In this document: one piece after another, positions 7,118 to 15,786 of the stretch
Position numbering within the stretch: the first letter of the stretch is position 1
How the letters are laid out: each line of letters begins with the position of its first letter
Source: a virus
Lineage: Duplodnaviria > Caudoviricetes
Strand: one strand, 5' to 3'
IMG/VR virus record: IMGVR_UViG_3300013119_000806
Coordinates: 1-62,584 of that record
DNA length: 62,584 bases
Translations under genes and position numbers: made by a program
The notes under the pieces: model-generated
Told to the model about the DNA's origin: nothing
Databases searched by the model: none
The model's input: the letters and a program-made list of their open reading frames with translations, nothing else

Positions 7118-9154
7118 ATGGCTTACTTAACCTCCAAAGGCAACAGAAAGTTCGGAGACATCACATTCGAAGACGATGCCGACGGGAACACGAAAATAGA
7201 CTTTGACGAAGATCGCATTGACCTGGTGGCAGGTGGCGCAATCACATTCAGGATACAACCAAACACCGCACTGATGCCGTCAAGCGCCTATATAAACTTC
7301 AACACAACAACAGGCGCGACAGGGTACGGGATCAGAGAGAATGCTGGATCTGTTGAGTACAAACATAGTGGTGGGTCTTGGACCCCGATGAGTTCAGGAG
7401 GGGTCGGCTCATCTCCCGCCGGCAACAATAAAGAAATACAGTTCAACACAAGTGGATCATTCGCATCATCAGCAACACTGGTTTATGATGCCCCACAGGG
7501 AAGAGTAGGTATCGGAACAAGCGCTCCGTCAGCCCTTTTGCATGTGTCGTCATCATTAGACGGAGATGTGCTATTCCAAGCAACACCATACAACCAAACG
7601 AATGATGGCTTTATCATAACAGATAGGGCTGGGGCGACATACGTCACACTCAACAAAGCGGGGCAATCAACGTATCCGCTCGATGTCAACGGAAATATCA
7701 GAGGCATAGCGTTCATTTCCACAGTTGATAGTCCAAGTTACGGGTTTAGGGTTGGTCAATCTCAACACACCTTATATGGAGTAGCAGAAGGAAATACGGA
7801 CCAAGGAGCAGTCTTCTTGATGAAGGACAACGGAGGATTAGTTGTTAGTGGAAGCGCTACCTCAAGTCCGCTTCGAGTCCAGACGCCAAGCAACGCAAAC
7901 ATTCTCGTAGTGTCTGGCTCTGGAAATGTCGGCATAGGAACAAGCGCCCCCTTGTCAAAACTCGACGTGTCGGGGAAGATTGCCATCTCTGCTGAACAGG
8001 CTTCGACACCAACCGCTCCGGCGGCTGGGTCGGGCTGGCTCTATACAAAAACAGATGGGAAACTCTATTGGCAGTCGGGAGATGTGGCAGAGACAGATGT
8101 AACTTCGGCTGGCTCAAGCGTATTCGATGCAGCAGGAAACTTCTTGGTTGGAGGAGCAACTGTAAACGCCTCATCAGAAAACAATGTAATAATAAATGCG
8201 GGTGCTCTACCCACCTCGGCAGTATCTTCCCAATCTACGTTTACATCATATGAAGCCCCCACCGCCGTAGTGGCGAACACAGTATTTTTGGCTCACTGCG
8301 AAGATAGTACAGTAGCATATGGCTCAGGAACAATATCTCTTGGCGACGCGGCGTCATTCTCGACCGCCAAGAGCAAATTTGGGGGCTCGTCGTTGTACAT
8401 AGACGGAACTGACCTCGGTCCCATTATTATGCCAGCTGGGAGCGAATTTGATTTTAGTACGTCATCTGAATTTACAATTGAGTTCTGGTATTATCCTGTT
8501 TCGGCATCAACAGCAGCAGTATTTACGACAGGTGATTATGTATACAATTCCAACCAAGGAAGTGATTGGTTGCTTTATGGCAATGGTCGTCTTTACGATC
8601 ATTATACCTACACGGCAGGTTTCTACCCCAATATGCCTCCCGGCAACACTGGGTGGCATCATGTCGTGATCCAGAGATACAACTCGGGGATCGAATTCTA
8701 TTTGAATGGAACTTTAATGTCGAGGGATACATCTACATTTCACAATGACGACTTCGATTTCACCAATGGGATAAGATTTGGATCAGCGGCCAACGGGGCC
8801 TACCAGGGGGAAATGTACATAGACGAGATTCTTGTGATGTCTTCCGCCAAATATACGGGGAGCTTCGTCCCAGAGTCGACAGCATATTCGGTCTCCGCTG
8901 GGGACACCGACCCTGCTGAAATGTGGGTGGGCGACGGAAGCAATAATCTGACAAAGATATCTCCACACAACAGAGAGGATGAGTGGGAATTCTTCTCAAG
9001 GAATATAGAATCTGGAAAAGTAGTCAGGATCAACCTAGAGAAAACATTTAAGCGACTCGAAGAACTCCATCCGGGAGAGACATTCATCGAAGAGTTTAAT
9101 ATTGCCGAAGGTCCGGTTGTAGAGTCTGTCTCCGGAACTGATCCACCTGCATGA
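7118..9154 (+). CDS. tail fibre protein with LamG-like domain
   Basis: Repeated VGIGTSAP...L.V motifs; KFGGSSL, FTIEFW, WHHVVI and YIDEILV (LamG); conserved C-terminal ISPHN..EWEFFS module. Confidence 0.8.
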   Translation: MAYLTSKGNRKFGDITFEDDADGNTKIDFDEDRIDLVAGGAITFRIQPNTALMPSSAYINFNTTTGATGYGIRENAGSVEYKHSGGSWTPMSSGGVGSSPAGNNKEIQFNTSGSFASSATLVYDAPQGRVGIGTSAPSALLHVSSSLDGDVLFQATPYNQTNDGFIITDRAGATYVTLNKAGQSTYPLDVNGNIRGIAFISTVDSPSYGFRVGQSQHTLYGVAEGNTDQGAVFLMKDNGGLVVSGSATSSPLRVQTPSNANILVVSGSGNVGIGTSAPLSKLDVSGKIAISAEQASTPTAPAAGSGWLYTKTDGKLYWQSGDVAETDVTSAGSSVFDAAGNFLVGGATVNASSENNVIINAGALPTSAVSSQSTFTSYEAPTAVVANTVFLAHCEDSTVAYGSGTISLGDAASFSTAKSKFGGSSLYIDGTDLGPIIMPAGSEFDFSTSSEFTIEFWYYPVSASTAAVFTTGDYVYNSNQGSDWLLYGNGRLYDHYTYTAGFYPNMPPGNTGWHHVVIQRYNSGIEFYLNGTLMSRDTSTFHNDDFDFTNGIRFGSAANGAYQGEMYIDEILVMSSAKYTGSFVPESTAYSVSAGDTDPAEMWVGDGSNNLTKISPHNREDEWEFFSRNIESGKVVRINLEKTFKRLEELHPGETFIEEFNIAEGPVVESVSGTDPPA

Positions 9155-9203
9155 TGGTTATGCCATTTACCACACTATTTATTAGAAGCACAAGGAGAAT
9201 AAC

Positions 9204-9452
9204 ATGCCATCTTATATCAAATGGATAAATAGAGCCAAAGATGCGATCATCGAAGGCAAAACCGAGATAGCAGAAGACATCAAGTCTCGTCTATCCCACA
9301 CCTATGGACTATGGGAACAGGTCCTCGACCTCGTCGAGCACGAGAAAGCCCTCGCCAAAGAACGAGCAAAAGCCACAAAGGCAGCCAAAAAACCGGCACC
9401 AAAAAAGAAACAACAAAAGGTAAAACAAGATGTCAAAAACACTTCTAAATAA
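9204..9452 (+). CDS. hypothetical protein with Lys-rich tail
   Basis: AGGAG SD and CTATTTA upstream. Confidence 0.6.
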   Translation: MPSYIKWINRAKDAIIEGKTEIAEDIKSRLSHTYGLWEQVLDLVEHEKALAKERAKATKAAKKPAPKKKQQKVKQDVKNTSK

Positions 9453-9720
9453 AGCGATCAAGGCGATGATGCTCGGAGAAGCGTTCAAGCCAGATCACAA
9501 AGCATCACTACAGGCACTCGAAGAGATAATAGGGCAGATGAACCCAAGAAACTCAAAGGACAGAGCAAGACACCAACTCGCCCTGGAGCAAGTCGGCAAC
9601 CTAAAAAGACAATTCAGGAAACTTGAGGAAGAAAACTCCGATCTCAAAGAGCAACTCAACGTGATCGAAGAGGACGCCACAAACAAGCAGAACGACAGCC
9701 TCAACAAGGGACGCAAGTAA
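9430..9720 (+). CDS. hypothetical coiled-coil protein
   Basis: Overlaps the previous gene and abuts the next ATG. Confidence 0.65.
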   Translation: MSKTLLNKAIKAMMLGEAFKPDHKASLQALEEIIGQMNPRNSKDRARHQLALEQVGNLKRQFRKLEEENSDLKEQLNVIEEDATNKQNDSLNKGRK

Positions 9721-11775
9721 ATGGGTGGCTTAGCGGGACACATGAACCATCTCTATGATGATGCGGACCTAACATTCTCAAAGATGTATGAGATCATTTT
9801 GGCGGCATCAAATGGGAAGTTGACCGCGGAAGAGAAGGTTGACGGACAGAACCTCTTTGTCTCATACAATATCAAATCAGGGACGCCCGTGGCGGCACGC
9901 AACCTAACGAACATCAAAGAAGGCGGAATGGACGCTACGGCTTTGGCGACCAAGTTCGCTGGTCGTGGAGGTCTCACCGAAGCGTTTGTTGAAGCATTCG
10001 CCACCTTCGAGCGAGCCGTAGACGCTTTGTCCCCCGAGGTAAAGATCGGCATCTTCGGCAAGGACCTTGATTACTGGTACAATGCAGAAGTGATGAGCCC
10101 TTCCAACCCAAATGTGATCCACTATGACGAGAAGGTCTTGAAGATACATGACTCAGGGCACAAACGCAGAAACCCAGACACGATGCGCCCAGAGGACTTC
10201 GATTCCACAATTCCGCTCGGCATTCTAGATAGAAACCTTGAAGCCATGCAGGCTTCGGCGGCAAAGTCGGGCGATAGTTCATTTGTCCGTTCAGCAATAG
10301 TGAAGTTGAGGGCGATGTCTGACGATACAGCAGCCAAGCGAGCAATCAACCGAATCTCCTCTGCAATCAAGGTTGCCGGACTACAACCCGATGATACAGT
10401 AGCCTCCTACCTCGAAGCACGAGTACGACGCCACCCAGCCATAGCAGAACTCAATCTCCCCAAAGACAAAATCGAAGCCCTCACTCTCCGCACCCTCGGC
10501 TCCAAAGAAGCCCCCAATTTACGGCTCATAAAAAAAGGATTAGATGAGGAGCAATTAGAAGATGTAGTGGGAGTAGCATCCGCGTCAGCGAAGAGAGCCA
10601 TCTTGATAGATGCTATCAGACCTCTTGAAGAGGCGGTCCATGAGTTCGCAGTAGAGATGCTCGGAGCAGTCCAGAGCACCTTCGTCCTAAACCCCAAGAA
10701 GGAAGTTCAGCGCCTACGTGACACTTTGTCGGGAGCAGTCGCCGAAATAACCCAATTAGCGGATGACGGAGTGGTCAGCGGAAAAGAGATGGAAATGATG
10801 AGACATCAACTCCAAAAAATCAAAGACATAAAAGAGATCAATACCACCATGGAGGGGATCGTTTTTGACTATGAGGGGAAGGTTTATAAACTAACAGGTT
10901 CTTTTGCGCCCGTAAATCAGATCCTCGGCATCTTGACCTACTCTCGTGGAAAAAGAAACCAAGGGGTCCAAACGCAGACCGAGTCCCTCATCGACTCTAT
11001 GATCTCCTCCTTCCTTTTGAAAGAGAGCGCAGTTACAGGGGTAGTTACAGAGCAGGAAGGGCGACGAGTGGCTCTACTCCCTGGTGGCTTCAAGCCACCC
11101 CACGCAGGGCATTATTTGCTCGCTAAGTACCTCTCTAAGCAAAGCGACATCGACGAGGTCATCATCATCGTCGGCAAGAAAGACAGATGCGTAGAGGGAA
11201 CAGAGTTTTGCCTAACTGCCGAACACTCTAAATCTCTATGGGAACTCTACTTTGAGAGCGCAGGCGACAGCAACCTAAGTGTCCGCATCCAGGAGGGCAA
11301 AAGCCCAGTCGCAGATGTCTATGACTTCATCGCCGACCCGAGAATGTTCCATGATGGAGATACAGTTATTCTCGGCAAAGGAGAGAAGGACGCAGGGGAC
11401 ACTCGCTTCGACCGAGCGCAATCCTACGCAGAGCGCCATAACCCTGGTGTAAATGTCGAACAAGTCATCACACCAACCTTCGCTGGCGGAGTCTCGGGCA
11501 CCCAAATGCGCTCCTTCGTAGCCAACAACGACGAGACCTCATTCAAAGCCAACCTCCCAACTCACCTCACCGCTGAGGAACAACGCCAAGCGTGGAACAT
11601 CGTGTCCCCTTCGCCCCTCGAAGAGATCAGCGTAGCCAGCGGAGTTGAGGGCGCAGCAGGCGCTTGGGGACAACCCAACAACTACGACCCATATCACACA
11701 GCACGGAAATCCGGCAACAAAAAAAGAACATCTACAAGAAGACCTCAAAGCACCCGACCAAAAAGGGGGAGATAA
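9721..11775 (+). CDS. fusion of ligase-like nucleotidyltransferase domain and HxGH (cytidyltransferase-like) domain
   Basis: N-terminal EEKVDG (motif I), MEGIVF (IV) and YKLTGSF (V); C-terminal PGGFKPPHAGH and GVSGTQMR. Confidence 0.78.
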   Translation: MGGLAGHMNHLYDDADLTFSKMYEIILAASNGKLTAEEKVDGQNLFVSYNIKSGTPVAARNLTNIKEGGMDATALATKFAGRGGLTEAFVEAFATFERAVDALSPEVKIGIFGKDLDYWYNAEVMSPSNPNVIHYDEKVLKIHDSGHKRRNPDTMRPEDFDSTIPLGILDRNLEAMQASAAKSGDSSFVRSAIVKLRAMSDDTAAKRAINRISSAIKVAGLQPDDTVASYLEARVRRHPAIAELNLPKDKIEALTLRTLGSKEAPNLRLIKKGLDEEQLEDVVGVASASAKRAILIDAIRPLEEAVHEFAVEMLGAVQSTFVLNPKKEVQRLRDTLSGAVAEITQLADDGVVSGKEMEMMRHQLQKIKDIKEINTTMEGIVFDYEGKVYKLTGSFAPVNQILGILTYSRGKRNQGVQTQTESLIDSMISSFLLKESAVTGVVTEQEGRRVALLPGGFKPPHAGHYLLAKYLSKQSDIDEVIIIVGKKDRCVEGTEFCLTAEHSKSLWELYFESAGDSNLSVRIQEGKSPVADVYDFIADPRMFHDGDTVILGKGEKDAGDTRFDRAQSYAERHNPGVNVEQVITPTFAGGVSGTQMRSFVANNDETSFKANLPTHLTAEEQRQAWNIVSPSPLEEISVASGVEGAAGAWGQPNNYDPYHTARKSGNKKRTSTRRPQSTRPKRGR

Positions 11776-11776
11776 C

Positions 11777-12544
11777 ATGACCATCAATAGAGACGAATTT
11801 TACAAAGAACTTATCCTGAGAGAACACATCAGGAAACGCATACTGAAAAAACACAATGAGCAAATGCTGGAAGAGCAGAAGTTCCGCAAAGTAGTGCGGA
11901 TGATGCTGAAAGAAGCGGGGAACGAAGAGACTCCTCACGCAAGCACAGGGATCAACGTCCTCGCTGATCTGTTGAAGAAGATCATCCCCGTTATTGAGAC
12001 TGATTACAAGATGTTGACGACGAGCCCAGAGCAACGGGAGTCATATAGAGCACACATCATTCAGGCGGCGAAGAACGCTATGGCTCCTGTTGATGTGGTT
12101 AGTGACATTCAGAGTGAGAGTTTTGAGTATACGATTGATGCTGATGTTTTACTTGAGAAGGTTACAATAGAAGTTGGAGATGAAGATGAGAACGAAGAAC
12201 TCGAAGGTGAGTTTATTGACATTGATGATGAGCCTGTTGACGAGGAAGGCGAATTGGGAATTGATGGTCAGAACGAAACAGGTAGAAACTTTGCTCTCGA
12301 AACTTTTAAGAAGATAGAGAGTCAGATTGTTGACGCTTATGCTAAATTGAGTGATGATGAAGATAATAAATTGTTTCATGATTATCTCTTGACTAACTTG
12401 TTGTTATACTTTGATAAGTTTGAAGATCAGTTAGCGGAGGAGTTGCCAGAGCAGAGTACTCCGGAGTATGAAGAAGAGATATCAGGAGAGGACGAGGGCG
12501 GCTTGGGCGATGACGGAGGAGACCTCGAAGACATGGAGCTATAA
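11777..12544 (+). CDS. acidic hypothetical protein, possible head-internal protein
   Basis: Start at ATG 11777 after GGGGAGA; N-terminal ILREHIRK and RMMLKE motifs; very acidic C-terminus. Confidence 0.7.
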   Translation: MTINRDEFYKELILREHIRKRILKKHNEQMLEEQKFRKVVRMMLKEAGNEETPHASTGINVLADLLKKIIPVIETDYKMLTTSPEQRESYRAHIIQAAKNAMAPVDVVSDIQSESFEYTIDADVLLEKVTIEVGDEDENEELEGEFIDIDDEPVDEEGELGIDGQNETGRNFALETFKKIESQIVDAYAKLSDDEDNKLFHDYLLTNLLLYFDKFEDQLAEELPEQSTPEYEEEISGEDEGGLGDDGGDLEDMEL

Positions 12545-12562
12545 TTTATTTTCGAGTTACTC

Positions 12563-12590
12563 TTTACATCTCCTTGAAGTGATGTATAAT
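12563..12590 (+). promoter_or_regulatory. sigma70-type promoter upstream of repeat array and tmRNA
   Basis: TTTACA-16 nt-TATAAT. Confidence 0.65.
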
Positions 12591-12622
12591 GGCTGTAAGC
12601 CAAAGCCACCCAAAGAAACTAT

Positions 12623-12745
12623 AGAGACTATAAATAACTAATAAGAGACTATAAATAACTAATAAGAGACTATAGATACTGATAAGAGACTATAAATAAC
12701 TAATAAGAGACTATAGATACTGATAAGAGACTATAGATACTGATA
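12623..12745 (+). repeat. six-unit tandem repeat, order A-A-B-A-B-B
   Basis: A=AGAGACTATAAATAACTAATA (21 bp), B=AGAGACTATAGATACTGATA (20 bp); exact copies with no spacers; ends 1 nt before tmRNA. Confidence 0.95.
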
Positions 12746-12746
12746 T

Positions 12747-13089
12747 GGGGATGAAATGGATTCGATTGGGAGGAAGAGATAGAGTAGTGCAGGGGTGAGG
12801 GAAGCGTGGCTCACTAAAAACGCTTAAAAAGATAATTGCAAATGACAATTTCAACATGGAGATGGCGGCGTAAAAACCTAACCACTCTTGAGGCGACAAC
12901 TGCCGATAAACAGAAAGTTGCTTGAGTAAGAGAACCCTCGGATGTCAATAAAAACTTCAGTGCTCAGAGGCAAAACAAAGCAAAGAAGTATAGTCAATGT
13001 TGTAATGACGATAAAATACAACTAACCCTGTGAACGATTGTTTTATTGATACTTTCAACACGACGGTTCGATGCCGTCCATCTCCACCA
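12747..13089 (+). ncRNA. ssrA: tmRNA, tag (A)ANDNFNMEMAA
   Basis: 5' GGGGATG..GGATTCGA pairs with 3' CATCTCC-A-CCA (G3:U70); T arm GACGG-TTCGATG-CCGTC; PK1 GTGAG/CTCAC plus AAGCGT/ACGCTT; resume codon GCA at 12838 after ATAATT, TAA at 12871-12873. Confidence 0.95.
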
Positions 13090-13119
13090 AGGAGCCTCTT
13101 CGGGGGCTCCTTTTTCTTT
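13089..13119 (+). terminator. intrinsic terminator after tmRNA
   Basis: AAGGAGCCTC-TTCG-GGGGCTCCTT-TTTCTTT. Confidence 0.88.
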
Positions 13120-13170
13120 GATGTCCAACCTATTTATAGATATAGAGAACCCCTAACAGCGAGGAATAAA

Positions 13171-15726
13171 ATGAAGAAGACCTACCTCTTGGACACTAAT
13201 GTCTACATGACCGATGCTAATGCCCTCTTCAAATTCGAAGACAACGACATTATCATCCCCACGATCATCCTCGATGAGATCGACCGACACAAGAGCCGCC
13301 AAGATTCAGCAGGAGCCCACGCCCGCCAGTTCAATCGCATCCTCGACGGACTCCGCTCAGAAGGCTCCCTCTATACAGGGATCAGTCTCGGCGAGAACAA
13401 AGGCACAATCAAGGTAGTCGCCTGCGACAACGAGAACCACCTCCCAGCAGGTTTCGACAAAGGACACTCAGACAACAAGATGCTCGCCGCCGCCCTAAGC
13501 CTCACCACCGAGGTCATCATCGTCAGTCGAGACATCAACTTCCGTGTCAAGTGCGACGCAGTCGGCATTCCCTGCGAAGGCTACGAGAACGAGAAGGTCG
13601 TAGACAACGCAGACGACCTCTACTCAGGCGTAGCCGATGTCCTCGTCCCAAGAGAGCAGATAGACCTCATCTACTCAGGAGGCGAAGTCATCCTTTCGGT
13701 AACAAAAGAAAAAGACCTCTACATCAATCAATACCTCGTCCTAGGAGCCGAAGAAGCCCCAAGGCAGACTATCCTCGTCAGATACCAAGGTAAAGGACTC
13801 CCACTAAGACGCCTACATACCTCACGAGAAGAAGTATGGGGACTGAGAGCGAGAAACAAAGAGCAAGAGTTCGCAATAGACGCCTTGATGGACCCTAACA
13901 TTAAACTGGTGACCCTCGTAGGACGAGCAGGCTCAGGGAAGACCTTGATAGCCATTGCAAGCGGTATGGAACAAGTGATACAAGCAAGAAAGCACAAGAC
14001 ACCCTTCACTAAGTTGATGGTGTCGAAGCCAGTAGAAGCGGTCGGCAAGGATATTGGGTTTTTGCCCGGTCCGCAGCCACTTGACGCTAAGATACTCACC
14101 CCATTTGGATGGTCTACAATGGGCGAGATGAAAATTGGTTCTGAGGTGATAACAGAGGAAGGGATTTCCGCAGAAGTTTTAGGTGTATATGACCAAGGTG
14201 TGAAGGATATCTACCAAGTCAAGACCACCGATGGAAGGGTGACCGAATGTTGTGCGGACCATTTGTGGTTTACAACTACGAATGCCGAGAGAAGACGCCC
14301 AGGTAATAACGGAAAAGTAAGAACTCTATTAGAAATAAAAGACACCCTACATTCCACCGATAAGAAGTTTTATGGGAAATTAGAACATATTTTACCCAAG
14401 GTGTTACCTGTGGTTTATAAGACAGAGGGTATAACAACGAAGGACATCCCTCCCTATGTGATGGGTGCTTTATTGGGTGATGGCTCTTTTGGCAAGAGCG
14501 GTAAAGTGTGTATAGCCAGCATCGATGAGGAAATAGTGAATCGCATTAGACGAGAACTTGAACCCATGGGGTGTGAACTCTCAAGCCCAAAGTCAGGGAT
14601 AGTGTATTCTATAAATGGGAGACTCTATAATAATAAAACCGCCAAAAGAGTACAAGTCACAGGTGAGAGTGGAAGCGATATTTATCATTCGGTCGGTTTG
14701 GCATCTGCAAAACTAGGTGTTAGCAGCGGCACAATTGGTTATCGATGCAAGAATAATAGCACTATTGATGGTAAGCGGTATAATTTCTTAGAACCTTCAA
14801 CACGCTGGACGAACCCCGTCAGGGAACAACTCCATTTGCTTGGTTTGTTAGGGAAGACAGGACAAGACAAATTTGTACCAAGAAAATATATGACTGCCAG
14901 TATAGAGGATCGTCTGAATCTGTTACGGGGATTGATGGATACCGACGGAGGGGTCAATAAGAAGAAAGGTAGCGCCTGTTTTTGGAACACATCTTATCAT
15001 CTGGCGAGTTCTGTGTGTGAGTTGGTGAGATCACTTGGGGGGACAGCAAAGATATCAGAGCGCCACCCACGAAAATCCACCTTTTTGGATGGAAGAGAGA
15101 TAAAATCAAATAAAACTTGTTATGAGGTCAACCTCTCAATACAAGGGGGATATAACCCGTTCTACCTTGCCAGGAAAGCAAAATATTATAAATCTAAATA
15201 TTCACGGATGATTAAGATTGAAAGCATTGAGAAAATAGGGCTTAAGGAAGCGAGGTGTATTAGAATTGGTAGCACTCGACATCTTTATGTAACTGATGAT
15301 TTTATTGTCACGCATAATACCTTAGAAGAGAAACTAGGACCTTGGCTCGCTCCGATCAAGGATAACTTGGAAGCATTGATGGGCGACAAGGTGGCTATGG
15401 AGACCTATATGGAGCAAGGCGTCATCGAGATCGAGGCAATCACTTTTATCCGTGGTCGTTCTATCGCCAATGCCTATATGATCATCGATGAAGCTCAGAA
15501 CCTCAATGTCCACGAGATCAAGACAATCCTCACCCGAGTAGCTGACGGAACAAAGATCATCTTGACAGGAGACATCCAACAGATCGACAACTCGTATGTA
15601 GACGCAGAATCTAACGGGTTGACTTATGCTGTTGAGAAGTTCAAGTCATACGAAATCAGCGCCCACATCACCCTATCGAAGGGTGAGCGAAGCGAACTAG
15701 CAACGTTAGCGGCAGAGATCCTATGA
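13171..15726 (+). CDS. phoH: PIN-PhoH (PhoH2-type) protein interrupted by an intein
   Basis: PIN motifs LDTNV, EID, SDNKML, SRDINFR; Walker A GRAGSGKT; IGFLPG; IRGRSI; IIDEAQN; GDIQQID. True start is ATG 13171 after GAGGA. Confidence 0.93.
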   Translation: MKKTYLLDTNVYMTDANALFKFEDNDIIIPTIILDEIDRHKSRQDSAGAHARQFNRILDGLRSEGSLYTGISLGENKGTIKVVACDNENHLPAGFDKGHSDNKMLAAALSLTTEVIIVSRDINFRVKCDAVGIPCEGYENEKVVDNADDLYSGVADVLVPREQIDLIYSGGEVILSVTKEKDLYINQYLVLGAEEAPRQTILVRYQGKGLPLRRLHTSREEVWGLRARNKEQEFAIDALMDPNIKLVTLVGRAGSGKTLIAIASGMEQVIQARKHKTPFTKLMVSKPVEAVGKDIGFLPGPQPLDAKILTPFGWSTMGEMKIGSEVITEEGISAEVLGVYDQGVKDIYQVKTTDGRVTECCADHLWFTTTNAERRRPGNNGKVRTLLEIKDTLHSTDKKFYGKLEHILPKVLPVVYKTEGITTKDIPPYVMGALLGDGSFGKSGKVCIASIDEEIVNRIRRELEPMGCELSSPKSGIVYSINGRLYNNKTAKRVQVTGESGSDIYHSVGLASAKLGVSSGTIGYRCKNNSTIDGKRYNFLEPSTRWTNPVREQLHLLGLLGKTGQDKFVPRKYMTASIEDRLNLLRGLMDTDGGVNKKKGSACFWNTSYHLASSVCELVRSLGGTAKISERHPRKSTFLDGREIKSNKTCYEVNLSIQGGYNPFYLARKAKYYKSKYSRMIKIESIEKIGLKEARCIRIGSTRHLYVTDDFIVTHNTLEEKLGPWLAPIKDNLEALMGDKVAMETYMEQGVIEIEAITFIRGRSIANAYMIIDEAQNLNVHEIKTILTRVADGTKIILTGDIQQIDNSYVDAESNGLTYAVEKFKSYEISAHITLSKGERSELATLAAEIL
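14071..15318 (+). mobile_element. class 3 intein (416 aa) with LAGLIDADG endonuclease and NUMOD1-like insert
   Basis: Inserted at FLPG|TLEEKL. Starts PQPLDAKILTP; block B ADHLW; block F ARCIRI; block G IVTHN; LAGLIDADG motifs MGALLGDG and LRGLMDTDG. Confidence 0.9.
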
Positions 15727-15732
15727 TAATAC

Positions 15733-15761
15733 TTTACAAAAAACTATTCATACGGTAGAAT
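15733..15761 (+). promoter_or_regulatory. sigma70-type promoter
   Basis: TTTACA-17 nt-TAGAAT, followed by AAGGAG SD. Confidence 0.65.
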
Positions 15762-15786
15762 AAAGAATAATAAGGAGCGTCCAACG

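Noticed and set aside
3418-9154. Diversity-generating retroelement or invertible tail-fibre cassette
   Set aside because: No reverse transcriptase or invertase, and I noticed no template/variable repeat pair; the short repeats (VTGN, VGIGTSAP) are ordinary fibre motifs.
12623-12745. CRISPR or mini-CRISPR array
   Set aside because: Units are directly adjacent, with only two recurring variants and no unique spacers; there is no cas operon.
12711-12899. Minus-strand 62-aa ORF
   Set aside because: It is antisense to the tmRNA and repeat array, with no coding support.
13030-13170. ORF-track N-terminal extension of PhoH
   Set aside because: It overlaps the tmRNA 3' end and terminator; the PIN domain and SD support ATG 13171.
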